From a virus (Duplodnaviria > Caudoviricetes): a DNA stretch of 30,507 nucleotides. The translations under genes and the position numbers were made by a program. The stretch is taken from positions 1-30,507 of the IMG/VR virus record IMGVR_UViG_3300032225_000487, one strand, 5' to 3'. Below are positions 17,307-24,270 of this stretch, piece after piece; positions within the stretch are counted from its first letter, which is position 1; each line of letters begins with the position of its first letter. The notes under the pieces were generated by a model that saw nothing but the letters and a program-made list of their open reading frames with translations, was not told the origin of the DNA and searched no databases.

Positions 17307-18047
17307 ATGAAACTCATACCCAAAAATTGGGCTGTATTCCAACATTACAAAGACCGAAATCCACCTTGGATAAAGCTCCATCGTGAGTTTTTGAACGACA
17401 GAACTTTTATGACCTTGCCATTAGCTAGCAAGGCGCTAGCACCTTTAATGTGGTTGTTAGCATCAGAGTCAAAAAATGGTGTTTTTGATGGGTCAGTAGA
17501 TGACCTCATGTTTAGATTGCATATCACCAAGAAAGAATATGAGGATGGTGTTAAACCATTGATTGATAAGGGATTCTTTGAGATTGCTAGCGGAGTGCTA
17601 GCAGACTGTCAGCAAGATGCTAGACCAGAGACAGAGACAGAGAGAGAGAAAGAGAAAGAGACAGAGGTTAAACAAAGAACAAAAGGCTCACGCCTTTCAA
17701 CAGATTTTGATTTACCTGATTCTTGGAAAGAATTCTGCCAAACAGAACGACCTGACTTAAACCCTCAAAAGGTGTTTGACTCGTTTAGAGATTATTGGGT
17801 AGCCAAAGCAGGTGCAGCAGGTGTTAAGCTCGATTGGCAAGCCACATGGCGTAATTGGGTAAGAAACCAGAATGTTGCCAAACAGATGTTTAACAAGGCA
17901 GATGTTGTGCATCAGACAATACCTGGAAGCTCATTTCGTGATCCTGCCCTTGTTAAATTGGATGAAGACAGAATGAGATCAGCACCACCAAACCCAGAGG
18001 TTTTAGCCAGAATACGGGCAGTTTTAGGAAAAGGAAAGGTGGCATGA
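17307..18047 (+). CDS. Phage replication initiator (replisome organiser, O-like)
   Basis: N-terminal KNW..FQHYKDRNPPWIKLH, central low-complexity linker, C-terminal FRDYW...KLDWQATWRNWVR. Start re-assigned to ATG 17307. Confidence 0.75.
   Translation: MKLIPKNWAVFQHYKDRNPPWIKLHREFLNDRTFMTLPLASKALAPLMWLLASESKNGVFDGSVDDLMFRLHITKKEYEDGVKPLIDKGFFEIASGVLADCQQDARPETETEREKEKETEVKQRTKGSRLSTDFDLPDSWKEFCQTERPDLNPQKVFDSFRDYWVAKAGAAGVKLDWQATWRNWVRNQNVAKQMFNKADVVHQTIPGSSFRDPALVKLDEDRMRSAPPNPEVLARIRAVLGKGKVA
17585..17667. repeat. Putative replication origin: four iterons plus an AG-rich tract
   Basis: TGCTAGC, TGCTAGC, TGTCAGC and TGCTAGA at 17585, 17596, 17607 and 17618 (11-bp phase), then GAGACAGAGACAGAGAGAGAGAAAGAG. 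Confidence 0.6.
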
Positions 18048-18976
18048 ATGAGTTGGCTCTTTTCGCAGGTGCTGGTGGAGGAATACTTGGCGGCAAACTC
18101 CTTGGATGGAGAACAGTCTGTGCAGTTGAGTGGGAAGCCTACCCCGCAAGCGTACTGTGCGCCCGACAAAATGACGGTTTTCTCCCGCCTTTCCCGATTT
18201 GGGATGACGTTCAAACCTTTGACGGAAAACCTTGGCGAGGAATTGTTGATGTCGTATCTGGAGGATTTCCATGCCAGGACATTAGCGCAGCAGGAAAAGG
18301 CGCAGGAATTGATGGAGAACGATCAGGTATGTGGGGAGAAATGGCACGCATCATTTGTGAAGTACGACCAAGATTCGTCTTTGTGGAGAACTCACCAATG
18401 CTCACTTCTAGGGGACTTGGACGAGTTCTCGGAGACTTGGCCGCAATGGGGTTTGATGCGAGATGGGGAGTGTTGGGAGCAGCTGACGTTGGAGCAAACC
18501 ATCAGAGGGACAGAATCTGGATTGTCGGAAAAGCTACCAACTCCGCAGTCAACAGATTACAGGAGCAAGCCAACAAGCAAATCATGGAAAGCAAAGGGTG
18601 GAGTGAATTTCAGTTTGAGCAATCCAGAGATTCAATCCAAATGGCCAACGCCAGATGCGAATTGCGGACAAAGGGGAACTCAACCAAACTGGAGTCCCAA
18701 ACGCAAGTCAGGACATTCGGCGCAGTACACAATAAATCAAGCAGTGAGAGACAAAATGTTTCCAACACCGACAGCACACAATTCCAAAGAGGGGAATTAT
18801 CCAAGCGAACAGAATCGGAATACTCCCTCGCTTGCGACTCACGCTGGTGGGAAGCTGAACCCGATGTGGGTCGAATGGCTGATGGGTTGGCCTCTGGGGT
18901 GGACAGACTTAAAGCCATTGGAAATGGACAAGTCCCACTTTGTGCAGCAACAGCATGGAGAATCCTAAGTGAATAG
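18044..18976 (+). CDS. C5 cytosine DNA methyltransferase, alpha polypeptide (no recognisable motif IX)
   Basis: Motif I FAGAGG, IV GFPCQ, VI ENS, VIII HQRDRIWIV and X RLKAIGNGQV. Confidence 0.9.
   Translation: MNELALFAGAGGGILGGKLLGWRTVCAVEWEAYPASVLCARQNDGFLPPFPIWDDVQTFDGKPWRGIVDVVSGGFPCQDISAAGKGAGIDGERSGMWGEMARIICEVRPRFVFVENSPMLTSRGLGRVLGDLAAMGFDARWGVLGAADVGANHQRDRIWIVGKATNSAVNRLQEQANKQIMESKGWSEFQFEQSRDSIQMANARCELRTKGNSTKLESQTQVRTFGAVHNKSSSERQNVSNTDSTQFQRGELSKRTESEYSLACDSRWWEAEPDVGRMADGLASGVDRLKAIGNGQVPLCAATAWRILSE
18048..18968 (+). CDS. Overlapping +1-frame beta polypeptide of the methyltransferase (motif IX plus PTP repeats)
   Basis: 306 codons open inside the MTase gene; ends in GKLNPMWVEWLMGWPLGWT (motif IX-like); LPTP, WPTP and FPTP modules. 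Confidence 0.75.
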   Translation: MSWLFSQVLVEEYLAANSLDGEQSVQLSGKPTPQAYCAPDKMTVFSRLSRFGMTFKPLTENLGEELLMSYLEDFHARTLAQQEKAQELMENDQVCGEKWHASFVKYDQDSSLWRTHQCSLLGDLDEFSETWPQWGLMRDGECWEQLTLEQTIRGTESGLSEKLPTPQSTDYRSKPTSKSWKAKGGVNFSLSNPEIQSKWPTPDANCGQRGTQPNWSPKRKSGHSAQYTINQAVRDKMFPTPTAHNSKEGNYPSEQNRNTPSLATHAGGKLNPMWVEWLMGWPLGWTDLKPLEMDKSHFVQQQHGES

Positions 18977-19235
18977 ACAAGAAGCAAACGAATTACTTGA
19001 TGAACATAAACATGGAATCAAAGCCCATTCAATCCTTGAAGTCACAAAAGCCCTCTGGATTACTAACGATCTCAGACGATTACCAAAGCACTCTAGACCA
19101 TTTAGTCAAACTGGCATCAATGAATGGATGGAAAGCTCACGCATGGCACAGAGCCAAGGAGTTGGACAACGACCCGACAGGGATATGGCGAGGAATGAGC
19201 AAAGATTTGACCAACAGGATGAAAGCAATCAATGA
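18969..19235 (+). CDS. Hypothetical protein
   Basis: GGAG RBS, GTG directly after the beta stop; stop is ATGA-coupled to the resolvase gene. Confidence 0.6.
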   Translation: MNRQEANELLDEHKHGIKAHSILEVTKALWITNDLRRLPKHSRPFSQTGINEWMESSRMAQSQGVGQRPDRDMARNEQRFDQQDESNQ

Positions 19236-19711
19236 TTTACATAGGGATTGATCCTGGTGCTGTCAGTGGTGCATTAGGCGCAGTAGATCATGATGGCAAT
19301 TACCTAGAAGCATTTGACATTGAACATAAGGACAAGCACATACTGGCTTTGGTTTTCAAGAGTCGAATTCTGAGCATTGTCGATCCCAAGATAGGGGCTG
19401 AAATCTGCATGGAACAAGTCCATTCAATGCCAAACCAAGGGGTTAGCTCTACCTTTGCTTTTGGTCGTGCCGTAGGCGTTATCAGTGCGGTTTGCGAGTT
19501 AACCCGATACCCAGTGCATCTTGTCACCCCTCAGAAGTGGAAAAAGCATTTTCATTTAACAGCAGACAAGAATGAATCTCTGGATATGGCACGATACCTT
19601 TGGCCTGAAGCTAAATTAAAGCTCAAAAAGGACATAAACAAGGCTGAAGCTCTACTGATAGCAGAATATTTAAGGCACACACTGCATGGCATATCGAAAA
19701 CACCCGAATAA
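19232..19711 (+). CDS. RuvC-like Holliday junction resolvase
   Basis: IGIDPG, E.VHSMP.QGVSSTFAFG, VTPQKWKK and AEALLIA motifs. Confidence 0.85.
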   Translation: MIYIGIDPGAVSGALGAVDHDGNYLEAFDIEHKDKHILALVFKSRILSIVDPKIGAEICMEQVHSMPNQGVSSTFAFGRAVGVISAVCELTRYPVHLVTPQKWKKHFHLTADKNESLDMARYLWPEAKLKLKKDINKAEALLIAEYLRHTLHGISKTPE

Positions 19712-19895
19712 TATCTATTTAACCCTTACAGAAGACGAAATGTTGATTCTAAAAACACTGGGTAACGATAGGGATCAAGTAGGCGCTAGAATTGCAATTA
19801 CATGGGCTGCACATTTTTACAATCTAGGGTTAAGACCTGATTTTGATATAAACCGTATAGGGTTATGCTTGATGGCTGATAGCGAGATAGATTAG
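19686..19895 (+). CDS. Hypothetical small protein, possibly DNA-binding
   Basis: Last ORF of the rightward operon. Confidence 0.55.
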   Translation: MAYRKHPNNIYLTLTEDEMLILKTLGNDRDQVGARIAITWAAHFYNLGLRPDFDINRIGLCLMADSEID

Positions 19896-20014
19896 ACTGA
19901 TTTTAAAGTACCTAGAATTGATTTTTATAGGTAGGTGTATGCTAGGGTATAGGCAACTAAAATAATGCCTAGAAAAGCCTAAAATTGAAAAGTACTCACT
20001 AACTTGATGGGCAA

Positions 20015-20036
20015 TAAAAAACCGCCCGAAGACGGC
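20015..20036 (-). terminator. Rho-independent terminator of the leftward early operon
   Basis: Minus strand GCCGTC-TTCG-GGCGGT-TTTTT (cUUCGg tetraloop). Confidence 0.8.
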
Positions 20037-20057
20037 TGAATGTTAGTGGTTACTGAC

Positions 20058-20252
20058 TTAATTGAATTTATTCATGTTTTCAAATGGCTGACAAAAATAA
20101 CGGGTTTCACCTCTGCCTCTGCCGCTTGTGTCAATTATTGATAACTTAACTACATCAAAGCCAAGCCTTGTAGCAGTTTCTTTTTTGATATGCCCTGCAA
20201 AAACTCGCATTTTTGCGTTTTTGAAACAATAGGATTTTTTAAGATATGACAT
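20058..20252 (-). CDS. Hypothetical early protein, 64 aa
   Basis: AAAGGTG RBS before ATG 20252 (MSYLKKSY...). Confidence 0.6.
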   Translation of the reverse strand: MSYLKKSYCFKNAKMRVFAGHIKKETATRLGFDVVKLSIIDTSGRGRGETRYFCQPFENMNKFN

Positions 20253-20262
20253 TTGAACACCT

Positions 20263-20427
20263 TTATTTTGAAAAGTAAGTAATGCACTCGTAATGCAAAA
20301 AAGATTCACCTGCAAATTCCTGATCAATTTTCCAACCTTTTTCAAGCATTTTGCTAATGTGTTTTTCCATTGCTTTATACGCTGATTCTTTTGTCATTCG
20401 CTTAATTGATTTTCTGATCGTTTTCAT
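20263..20427 (-). CDS. Hypothetical early protein, 54 aa (absent from ORF track)
   Basis: MKTIRKSIKRMTKESAYKAMEKHISKMLEKGWKID...; AAAGGTG RBS. Confidence 0.65.
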   Translation of the reverse strand: MKTIRKSIKRMTKESAYKAMEKHISKMLEKGWKIDQEFAGESFLHYECITYFSK

Positions 20428-20483
20428 TTTGAACACCTTTTTAATATGATTTTTAGTAATAACGCTAGGGCTGCATATATCAT
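20424..20483 (-). CDS. 19-aa hydrophobic/basic micropeptide
   Basis: MIYAALALLLKIILKRCSK; AAGGA RBS; ATGA-coupled to the next gene. Confidence 0.4.
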   Translation of the reverse strand: MIYAALALLLKIILKRCSK

Positions 20484-20485
20484 TA

Positions 20486-20686
20486 TCAATCCTTTGCGTT
20501 TTTCATATCCGACCATTGCCCTAGATCGGCATCATAGAAGACATGGGGTAATTTGATTTTATAAAAATCAACTACTTGCATGACATCGCTTAGATTCTGT
20601 TTATAGTCGCATAAGGGTGATCCCTGATTAATTAGAATCCAGCGCCTATCGTTACTATAGGATAGATAAATTTTATGATCTTCCAT
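20486..20686 (-). CDS. Hypothetical early protein
   Basis: GAGG RBS; start overlaps the upstream stop. Confidence 0.65.
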   Translation of the reverse strand: MEDHKIYLSYSNDRRWILINQGSPLCDYKQNLSDVMQVVDFYKIKLPHVFYDADLGQWSDMKNAKD

Positions 20687-20841
20687 TATTTATCCTCTAA
20701 TAGTATCTTTTTTAGGAAAGGGACTGCATACCCTGTCAGATTAGACAATTCCCGTAACGTCATATTTGGATTATTGTCATATATCCGCTTGATATCGTCA
20801 TGTGTTAAACCATTGATTGATCTTTTGAGTGTATATGCCAT
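20686..20841 (-). CDS. Small HTH-like protein, 51 aa
   Basis: NPNMTLRELSNLTGYAVPFLKKIL; start re-assigned to ATG 20841. Confidence 0.6.
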   Translation of the reverse strand: MAYTLKRSINGLTHDDIKRIYDNNPNMTLRELSNLTGYAVPFLKKILLEDK

Positions 20842-20843
20842 TA

Positions 20844-20930
20844 TTAACCCCATATACCAATAATCAGCATCAAACAAGCAAAGCCTATCAAGCTTACGAT
20901 AACCACAATCTGGTCGATTTTTTCCATCAT
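20844..20930 (-). CDS. Single-TM micropeptide, 28 aa (absent from ORF track)
   Basis: MMEKIDQIVVIVSLIGFACLMLIIGIWG; AGGTG RBS. Confidence 0.5.
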   Translation of the reverse strand: MMEKIDQIVVIVSLIGFACLMLIIGIWG

Positions 20931-20998
20931 TAACACCTATAAAACCCTGTAAAATCACAGGCCACTAACCCCTAAGTTAAGAGTTAGCAGTCTATGAT

Positions 20999-21127
20999 TT
21001 ATTTTTTACGGTTTAACCACTGTTTAGCCTGTTTTTTGGTCTCAAACCGTCCAGATATTGGCGTATCGTGCGAACCACGCACAATAAACCAGCCGTTTAA
21101 AAGTCTATTAAAAATGATCTTAGGCAT
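20999..21127 (-). CDS. Hypothetical basic protein, 42 aa
   Basis: MPKIIFNRLLNGWFIVRGSHDTPISGRFETKKQAKQWL; overlaps the upstream stop. Confidence 0.6.
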   Translation of the reverse strand: MPKIIFNRLLNGWFIVRGSHDTPISGRFETKKQAKQWLNRKK

Positions 21128-21878
21128 AATGCACCCCTTTGATTTGAACAAATCCGTTATCTTCTTTTTTGGCCTTACCCTTAGCATATAGGGCAACAAC
21201 TACATTTTTGGGTTCGATATGCCTAACATCGGAATTATCACCGTCAACTACAGGCCATGTTCTAAAAGTACTAGGAATATCGGATTGTTTTTGAAATACT
21301 ACAGCTACACGGGAATTGTTAGGATTGGTTAACCCTTTGATCGATATCGGTTTAGGGGTAATTGCAGAGAATGAATAAGTTAGATCGTAATTCCCTGTCG
21401 TTTTCCCTGTCAAATTACGGGACGGGTGTTTAGTGTAATCATAGAATTGAACATCCGGGAATAATTGGAATAGGTTTTTGTTGTCCCATACAATTAGATT
21501 CTCATAAGGGATATCGGATGTACCGTTAGGTCTAATCAACGGAATCAAACCTAGATTCTTAGATTTTCGCTCAAATGACCAAATGTCTGCAGCTAACGAC
21601 AATAAGAATGCCTGTCGATTGTTATAAAAATAATCGGTCTTGGATTGTCTCGCTTGTTGCACTGTATTAAATGCTCCCCTACCAGCAGATTTAAGACAGC
21701 CAGCAAAGCAGCCAGCAGCCCTGGCTAAGGGACAAATTTTATGATCTGGTACTAAATAGACAATACCTGTCAGATAACCTATTTTTTCCCCTTTAACGGT
21801 CTTAGCAGAGGATTCCCCTAGAATTGTCTTATAGGTCAAACCTAATGATTTTAAAATTGTCTTGTACGGATTTTTCAC
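21120..21878 (-). CDS. Gp88-family protein (radical-SAM-like Cys triad)
   Basis: CP.....GC...C, RPNGTSDI, FYDYTK, YDLTYS and DGD..D.R motifs. Confidence 0.65.
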   Translation of the reverse strand: MKNPYKTILKSLGLTYKTILGESSAKTVKGEKIGYLTGIVYLVPDHKICPLARAAGCFAGCLKSAGRGAFNTVQQARQSKTDYFYNNRQAFLLSLAADIWSFERKSKNLGLIPLIRPNGTSDIPYENLIVWDNKNLFQLFPDVQFYDYTKHPSRNLTGKTTGNYDLTYSFSAITPKPISIKGLTNPNNSRVAVVFQKQSDIPSTFRTWPVVDGDNSDVRHIEPKNVVVALYAKGKAKKEDNGFVQIKGVHYA

Positions 21879-22129
21879 AATTTACGCCTTTCAAAAATTC
21901 ACACTTGTTTAAAAAAGTAAGACCGTTTTTTCTATGTCCTACACTATATATCATGAGAGAATCGTGCCAGTTCTTATAAGTACTTGATCTATATAGTAGC
22001 TCCAAAACCCTATGAATTGCAAAGTATTAATATTGATATAACTAATTTAAGTTTGCTATTTATTTGATAGACTTTAAAGTAGTTTAGATTAGTACCCTGA
22101 TAATGGTGCATCGACCCTACACAGATCTA

Positions 22130-22201
22130 AATGAGAATGATTCGCATTTGCATCTAGCTATTGTTAGTGTGTGCTCACTCTAGATGAGAATGATTCGCAT
22201 T
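22130..22201. promoter_or_regulatory. Two Fur-box-like 19-bp palindromes
   Basis: AATGAGAATGATTCGCATT (22130-48) and GATGAGAATGATTCGCATT (22183-201); 9-1-9 inverted repeats sharing an exact 18-bp direct repeat. Confidence 0.6.
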
Positions 22202-22607
22202 CGCAGTTGTAAGTGAGTGCTCGCTTTGATGGGGGGGGAGGGGGTAGTCGTGTGTTGTAAATATTGTGGTAGCCTCCTCCGCACACGAAAAGCAATATGT
22301 AGCGTAATACACAAACAAGTCTGGATTAGGGGAGAAGACGAATAGGAGTATTCACCCGTAGTGGGTTGTTCCTTTTAAAAAGGATGAGCCTCTCGTTTAT
22401 CTAAGTTAGTGGTGACTGTCAGATCAACACTCCACGCTACTAGCCCCGTTCAATTTCTTTACTTGAGAACTACATGGTTCACTACGTTTATCCTACTTGG
22501 TCGGCTCTACCGCATAGAGGGGTGGGTGATACCCCCGTTTGTCTCCACTATACAAGAATCTCATTCTGATGTAAAGTGTGCGCTAACTTCCATTTACTGG
22601 ACAAAAG

Positions 22608-23018
22608 ATGAATGCCATAGATGCTTTACCTGATAAACTGAAAAAGCCAAGAGGTCGCCCCAAGCTTCCTAAAGTGGCTATTCCTAAGCCAATGACTATG
22701 GCTCGTTATGCTGATAACCCTCAGTCCCTTGTTCTGCCTAAGACCGAGCATCAGAAAGTCAAAGAACTCAAAGAACTCCTGATAAACAGTGCAGGTGCTA
22801 ATGTTGTCCACAAGGCAGTTGAGATTGCCATGAATGATGAACATCCTGCTCAAATGGCTGCAATCAAACTCTGTATGGATCGAATGCTTCCTGTTTCACT
22901 ATTTGAAAAAGAGGGCAAACAGCGTTCCGCTGTCAACATCACAATCTCAGGCATTGGTGGTGTGAATATTGATACTCCTGTGATAGACGCAGAAGATATA
23001 GAAAGCAAAGATGTCTGA
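22608..23018 (+). CDS. terS: Terminase small subunit (putative)
   Basis: KKPRGRPK N-terminus, AAIKLCMDR.LP, C-terminal VNITISG; directly before terL. Confidence 0.65.
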   Translation: MNAIDALPDKLKKPRGRPKLPKVAIPKPMTMARYADNPQSLVLPKTEHQKVKELKELLINSAGANVVHKAVEIAMNDEHPAQMAAIKLCMDRMLPVSLFEKEGKQRSAVNITISGIGGVNIDTPVIDAEDIESKDV

Positions 23019-24270
23019 CCTTAATTTCAGTCTCCTTCCTTGGCAACAAGAAGTCTTTGCTGACAAAACAAGGTTTAAAGTCATTGCTGCTGGACGGCGT
23101 TGCGGTAAATCTCGCTTGTCAGCTATTACCCTATTGATTGAAGGATTGCAGTGTACTGCTGGCTCTGCTGTACTGTATGTTGCGCCTACCAATGGTCAGG
23201 CAAGACAGATTATTTGGGATGTGCTGATGGAGTTGGGCAGAGATGTTATTCAGTCTAGCCACATCAATAACATGGATATTACCCTGATTAACGGAGCAAA
23301 AATCTATGTCCGAGGAGCAGATCGCCCAGATACTTTGCGAGGAGTGTCACTCACCTACGCTGTGCTTGACGAGGTTGCGGACATCAAACCCGAGGCTTGG
23401 GAACAGGTTATTCGTGCATCTTTGTCTGATAAAAAAGGCAGAGCTATGTTCATCGGTACTCCCAAAGGTCGCAACTTCTTCTATGATATATTCAAACTTG
23501 GAATGTCAGAAGAAGACTCAGACTGGAAATCTTGGCACTTTACAACCAAAGATAACCCCCTGATTGACCCTAGTGAAATCGAAAGCGCAAAGAAGACCCT
23601 TAGCTCGTTTGCCTTTAAGCAAGAGTATATGGCATCCTTTGACAATGCTGGTAGTGATGTTTTTAAAGAAGAATGGATCAAATATGGAGAAGAACCTGAA
23701 TATGGCTCGTACTACATTGCTGTCGATCTGGCAGGGTTTGAAGAAGTGGCTAAACAAGCTGCCAATTCCAAGAAAAGGCTAGACCAGACTGCTATTGCTG
23801 TAGTTAAGGTGACGGATGAGGGTAAATGGTTCGTCACTAAGATCGAATATGGGCGGTGGGACATCAGAACAACTGCTGTCAACATCCTGAAAGCTATGCG
23901 AGATTACCGTCCTTTGGCAATAGGAATTGAGCGTGGAGCATTAAAAAATGCAGTTTTGCCTTATTTAAGTGACTTAATGCGTAAAAATAATGTATATTCG
24001 CATATAGTTGACTTGACCCACGGTAATCGCAAAAAAACCGACCGTATCATTTGGTCACTTCAAGGACGGTTTGAGCATGGGCGTATCGTGCTGAACTCCA
24101 AGGAAGATTGGGACGAATTCAAAGATCAGCTTTTGATGTTCCCTGCCCAAGGTGTGCATGATGACTTGCCTGATGCCCTTTCCTACATTGACCAACTTGC
24201 TGTTACTTCCTATTTTGAGGAAGATGACTCAGATGATTGGCAACCACTTGATGTAATAGCGGGGTTTTAA
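23011..24270 (+). CDS. terL: Terminase large subunit
   Basis: Walker A AGRRCGKS, Walker B AVLDE, GTPKGRN, nuclease AVDLA and HDDLPDA motifs. Confidence 0.95.
   Translation: MSDLNFSLLPWQQEVFADKTRFKVIAAGRRCGKSRLSAITLLIEGLQCTAGSAVLYVAPTNGQARQIIWDVLMELGRDVIQSSHINNMDITLINGAKIYVRGADRPDTLRGVSLTYAVLDEVADIKPEAWEQVIRASLSDKKGRAMFIGTPKGRNFFYDIFKLGMSEEDSDWKSWHFTTKDNPLIDPSEIESAKKTLSSFAFKQEYMASFDNAGSDVFKEEWIKYGEEPEYGSYYIAVDLAGFEEVAKQAANSKKRLDQTAIAVVKVTDEGKWFVTKIEYGRWDIRTTAVNILKAMRDYRPLAIGIERGALKNAVLPYLSDLMRKNNVYSHIVDLTHGNRKKTDRIIWSLQGRFEHGRIVLNSKEDWDEFKDQLLMFPAQGVHDDLPDALSYIDQLAVTSYFEEDDSDDWQPLDVIAGF

Noticed and set aside
22130-22224. Possible mini-CRISPR (18-bp repeats with a 35-bp spacer)
   Set aside because: Only two short repeats and no cas genes; better explained as Fur-like boxes.
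22409-22633. 74-aa ORF before terS
   Set aside because: No RBS, atypical composition, and lies in a structured non-coding region.
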